Source of the DNA: an uncultured Aquificales bacterium
GTDB taxonomy: Bacteria > Thermosulfidibacterota > Thermosulfidibacteria > Thermosulfidibacterales > Thermosulfidibacteraceae
NCBI GenBank assembly: GCA_964453345.1
Contig: CAYVOC010000008.1
Location: forward strand, 24,015-47,397
DNA: 23,383 bases
Direction: 5' to 3'
This document shows positions 19,757 to 23,383 of the stretch, piece after piece. The notes under the pieces are model-generated. The model saw only the letters and a list, made by a program, of their open reading frames with translations. It was not told where the DNA came from and searched no databases. Position numbers and translations under genes: made by a program. Numbering within the stretch: the stretch's first letter is position 1; each line of letters begins with the position of its first letter.

Positions 19757-21828
19757 AAAGAGGAGCAATAGCCACAACCATAACGGTTCTTACCCTGTTT
19801 TTTCTCTTCATCGCCGATTTTAAACCCTTCGTCCTGACAGAACTTAAGAGTCTCGATCTGCGTTTCAGGCTCCGAGGGGCAAGAAGACCCCCGGATCAGA
19901 TAGTCATAGTAACAATAGACGAAAAAAGCCTTGACAGAGAAGGCAGATGGCCATGGGACAGGGAAAAGATAGCAAAGTTAATAGAAAAACTCTCCCGGAG
20001 CAGAGCCATAGGAATAGACCTCGGCTTTTTTGAAAGCTCAGAAAACGACCAAAAACTCGCCAGTGCACTAAAAGCGGTTTCAAAAAAGGCGGTTCTCGGA
20101 TACTTTCTGCATATAATGCCCCTACCCCTTGGCAGAAAGCCCCATATATCAGAAGAAGAGATCAGCAAGGCCCAGTATAGCCTAATCCAGATTGACGAAC
20201 CTCCCAATCCCGGCACCGTGATAGAGGCCTACGCTCCAGAGTTAAGTGTAAGATCCTTAACGAGAAACGTTGCAAAGCTCGGATACTTCAACGTGTTCAG
20301 GGACAAAGATGGAACCATAAGGCGGTATCCCTTAGCCATAATGTGGAACGGAACAGCCCTTGCCCCCTTGGCCGTTCAGATTGCGGCCATTGCAAGATCC
20401 GAAGAAAGTTTCATCTACATAGATCGATTTGGAATTGAAGAGGTGGGCATAGGGGAAATCGGTATTCCTTCAACCCTAAAAGGCATGCTCTTCATAAACT
20501 ACTACGGTCCTCCCCAAAGCTTCAAATATATATCCGCCACCGACGTGCTTTCCGGCAAGGTTCCAGAAGGTTTCTTTGAGGGCAAAATAGTCATAATCGG
20601 CGCCACTGCAATGGGCCTGTTTGACAACCACGTAAGCCCCTTCAGCAACACCTATCCCGGGCCTGAAATACACGCAACGGTTGTAGCAAACATAATGGAA
20701 AGAAACTTCCTCCTTCCAGCCCCCCATCTTTTCTACATCACCCTTCTCCTCATCCTTATCTTTAGCCTCTCCTCCATGTTGAGCGTCTGGAAAGGTTCCC
20801 TAAGTGCAGGAATGGCAACAACCGCATTGCTGTCAGCAGGATACATAACTGCCGGTATCCTTCTATTCAGCAAAAACATCATAATAAATTTGACCTATCC
20901 AACGCTCTCCTTAATCGTAAGCAACCTCGTGAATTCAATACTGAAGCACCAGGCGGAGACCAAAGAAAAGGGACGGCTCAAATCCGCCTTTTCCCACTAC
21001 CTAAGCCCTGAACTTGTGGATGAAATAATAAAAGATCCGAACATGCTCAAACTCGGAGGCCACAAGAGAAGGGCCACCGTGCTCTTCGCAGATATAAGAG
21101 AATTCACGGCGATATCCGAATCAACAGACCCAGAGAAGCTTGTATCAGCCCTGAACCTGCACTTCGATGCCATGACCCAGATAATACTGGAGCACGGCGG
21201 ATTCGTGGACAAATTCATAGGCGATTGCATAATGGCCGTCTTTGGAGTTCCAATCGAAACAGAAGATCATCCAACAAAGGCTGTTCTGGCAGCCATTAGG
21301 ATGGTGAAGAAAACCAGAGAGATCTCAAAAATATGGCGGGAAAACATCGGATATCCGCTCAAAATAGGGATAGGAATTAACACAGGAGAAATGCTTGTAG
21401 GGAATATAGGCTCCACAAGAAGGCTGAACTACACTGTAATGGGCGACAGCGTAAATGTAGCATCGAGGCTGGAGGGTTTATGCAAACTCTACGGCGTAAA
21501 CATCATCATATCCGAAACCACCGCCTCCTCTGTAAAGAATATACCCTTGAGGAAACTCGACTGCATAAAGGTGAAGGGAAAAAGAAAAGGGTTAATGATC
21601 TACGAAGTCCCCGTCGATCCTCTACCCCAAGAACTTATAGAAAACTTTGAAAAGGGCTTAAATCTATACATGAATGGAAACTGGAAAGAGGCAGCAAATA
21701 GATTTGCAAAGTGCCTTGAAATCAGGCCGGATGATGGACCGAGCCAAGAGTTCATCAAAAGATGCAGAAAATTTATAAAAAATCCTCCCCGCAACTGGAA
21801 CGGTATATACACAATGGAAAGCAAGTAG
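19753..21828 (+). CDS. CHASE2-domain class III adenylate cyclase with C-terminal TPR-like helix pair
   Basis: CHASE2 'IVIVTIDEKSL...GRWPW.R', 'DKDGTIRR', 'PGPEIHA'; 3 TM; cyclase 'LFADIREFT', 'DKFIGD', 'NYTVMGDSVNVASRLE'. Confidence 0.93.
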   Translation: MKRGAIATTITVLTLFFLFIADFKPFVLTELKSLDLRFRLRGARRPPDQIVIVTIDEKSLDREGRWPWDREKIAKLIEKLSRSRAIGIDLGFFESSENDQKLASALKAVSKKAVLGYFLHIMPLPLGRKPHISEEEISKAQYSLIQIDEPPNPGTVIEAYAPELSVRSLTRNVAKLGYFNVFRDKDGTIRRYPLAIMWNGTALAPLAVQIAAIARSEESFIYIDRFGIEEVGIGEIGIPSTLKGMLFINYYGPPQSFKYISATDVLSGKVPEGFFEGKIVIIGATAMGLFDNHVSPFSNTYPGPEIHATVVANIMERNFLLPAPHLFYITLLLILIFSLSSMLSVWKGSLSAGMATTALLSAGYITAGILLFSKNIIINLTYPTLSLIVSNLVNSILKHQAETKEKGRLKSAFSHYLSPELVDEIIKDPNMLKLGGHKRRATVLFADIREFTAISESTDPEKLVSALNLHFDAMTQIILEHGGFVDKFIGDCIMAVFGVPIETEDHPTKAVLAAIRMVKKTREISKIWRENIGYPLKIGIGINTGEMLVGNIGSTRRLNYTVMGDSVNVASRLEGLCKLYGVNIIISETTASSVKNIPLRKLDCIKVKGKRKGLMIYEVPVDPLPQELIENFEKGLNLYMNGNWKEAANRFAKCLEIRPDDGPSQEFIKRCRKFIKNPPRNWNGIYTMESK

Positions 21829-21838
21829 GAGGATAGAA

Positions 21839-22954
21839 ATGGAAAACAAGCTTACCGAATTTTTCACCGCCTTCTCCAAGTGTATAAATATGAACAACCC
21901 AAGAGACACAATAACCAGTCTGGCTGATCTCATAAAAAAAGTAATAAACGCAGACAGATGCAGCATATTTCTGCACGACGAGGAAAAGAATGAACTATAC
22001 ACCTACTACGCACACGGAGTTGACAAAATAATAATAAGAACCGACCAGGGAATAGCAGGGCACTGCTTCACCACGGGAAGCATTATAAATATTGAAGATG
22101 CCTACAGCGATCCACGGTTTGACAGGGAATGGGATAGAAGGCACGGATATAGAACGAAAAGTCTTTTGGCAGTTCCATTAAAAACGCCACAGGGCAAAAT
22201 AATAGGTGTATTCGAAGCTCTAAACAAAAAGGGAGCATCCGCTTTCACCGAAGAAGACATTCTGTTGATAGAAAACATCTGCCTCTACAGCGCATCCATC
22301 CTTGAAGGCATGCAGTTATACGAAATGCTAAAAAGAACCCAAAAAGAGATAATAATAAGACTCTCCAACGCAACAAAATACAAAGACAAAGAGACAAGAA
22401 ACCACATAATAAGGGTGGGACTTTACACCGAAATCATGGCCAAAACCCTTGGATGGAGTGATGAGGAAGCTGAGCTTATAAGGCTTGCCGCTCCCATGCA
22501 TGACATAGGAAAAGTAGGAATTCCGGATGCCATACTCCAGAAACCGGGCAGGTTGAACGAAGAAGAGTGGGAAAAAATGAAGAAACACACAATATACGGC
22601 TACGAAATCCTCAAGGGATCCGACAGCAGGCTCCTGCAGATCGCCGCAATAGTTGCGCTTGAGCATCACGAAAGATGGGACGGAACCGGATACCCCCACG
22701 GGAAAAAAGGAGAAGAGATCTCCATCTACGGAAGGCTGACCGCCATAGCAGATGTCTTCGACGCCCTCACCTCCGATAGACCTTACAAAAAGGCGTGGCC
22801 ACCCGAAAGGGCAAGAGAAGAAATAAAGAACTGCTCAGGCACTTTCTTCGATCCCAAGCTTGTGGAAATTTTCCTGGACAGATTTGATGATATCCTCAAA
22901 ATAAAAGAACTCTACAAAGACGAAATGGAGGCGGAACAGAAGTGGGAAGAATAA
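21839..22954 (+). CDS. GAF domain + HD-GYP phosphodiesterase
   Basis: GAF 'ADRCSIFL', 'DAYSDPRF', 'NKK...FTEED'; 'HDIGK', 'HHERWDGTGYP', 'DRPYK'; SD GGAGG. Confidence 0.92.
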   Translation: MENKLTEFFTAFSKCINMNNPRDTITSLADLIKKVINADRCSIFLHDEEKNELYTYYAHGVDKIIIRTDQGIAGHCFTTGSIINIEDAYSDPRFDREWDRRHGYRTKSLLAVPLKTPQGKIIGVFEALNKKGASAFTEEDILLIENICLYSASILEGMQLYEMLKRTQKEIIIRLSNATKYKDKETRNHIIRVGLYTEIMAKTLGWSDEEAELIRLAAPMHDIGKVGIPDAILQKPGRLNEEEWEKMKKHTIYGYEILKGSDSRLLQIAAIVALEHHERWDGTGYPHGKKGEEISIYGRLTAIADVFDALTSDRPYKKAWPPERAREEIKNCSGTFFDPKLVEIFLDRFDDILKIKELYKDEMEAEQKWEE

Positions 22955-23383
22955 AAATCCTCGGAGACAGCTTTTTTCCAAACACTCCCCTATCCTTTTT
23001 AGTAGAAGATCACATACTGATTGATGCGGGCAACGCCATAAGACCCCTCGGAAAGGAAATCGCCAAAATCGACACCATCATTCTCACCCACGCCCACATG
23101 GATCACATAATGGAAGTTCCCCTGATAGTGGACATGGTGGTCTGGAGCATGGGAAAACACCTGACCATTTACGGCATCCCCCACACAGTAGAAACCCTGA
23201 AAAAGCACATATTTAACAATTCTGTATGGCCATCCATTCCGGAAGAACTCATGGAAATAAGAATCATCAACGGCCCCTTCAGGGTCGGAGATACGGAATT
23301 TATTCCTGTAGAAGCTCTACACACAATCCCCACAACCGGATTTGTTATAGATCGAAGGGTATACATAACGGGAGACACGGCCC
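22942..23383 (+). CDS. Class II (metallo-beta-lactamase fold) 3',5'-cyclic nucleotide phosphodiesterase, truncated by window end (not in the track)
   Basis: GTG 22942 with SD GGAGG; open to the window end: MGRIKILGD...LIDAG...THAHMDH...LKKHIFNNSVWP...HTIPTTGF...ITGDT. Confidence 0.85.
   Translation, partial: MGRIKILGDSFFPNTPLSFLVEDHILIDAGNAIRPLGKEIAKIDTIILTHAHMDHIMEVPLIVDMVVWSMGKHLTIYGIPHTVETLKKHIFNNSVWPSIPEELMEIRIINGPFRVGDTEFIPVEALHTIPTTGFVIDRRVYITGDTA

Noticed and set aside
1-23383. tRNA-Sec, CRISPR arrays, IS elements, riboswitches
   Set aside because: All intergenic gaps are under about 100 nt and show no cloverleaf, repeat-spacer pattern or terminal repeats; no transposase is present

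Overview
Gene-dense bacterial chromosomal window with no rRNA, tRNA, CRISPR array or mobile element recognisable. The atpZ-atpI-atpB-atpE-rex order, the signal-peptide-bearing c subunit and the K/E-rich proteins suggest an anaerobic, probably thermophilic, Thermodesulfobacteriota/deltaproteobacteria-like or Aquificota-adjacent organism (inference). Minus strand, 1-15.5 kb: REC-HD-GYP, cysS, DUF62 SAM hydrolase and an M23 peptidase; then a tightly coupled 11-gene run (DUF3343, cysteine desulfurase-like, yedF, selenocysteine-containing selD, archaeal-type nadM, cinA, thpR, a 57-aa ORF missing from the track, dgt, hemL, SPFH); then the Fo-only ATP synthase genes and rex with an autoregulatory Rex box. 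Plus strand: yjbQ, mazG, two small hypotheticals and pncB, followed by an AT-richer cyclic-nucleotide cassette (FecR-TPR, CHASE2 adenylate cyclase, GAF-HD-GYP, and a class II cAMP phosphodiesterase missing from the track and truncated by the window end). Main highlights: UGA/SECIS recoding of selD directly upstream of coupled NAD-salvage and heme genes, a homopolymer frameshift in atpZ, and a probably leaderless cAMP/c-di-NMP signalling operon.
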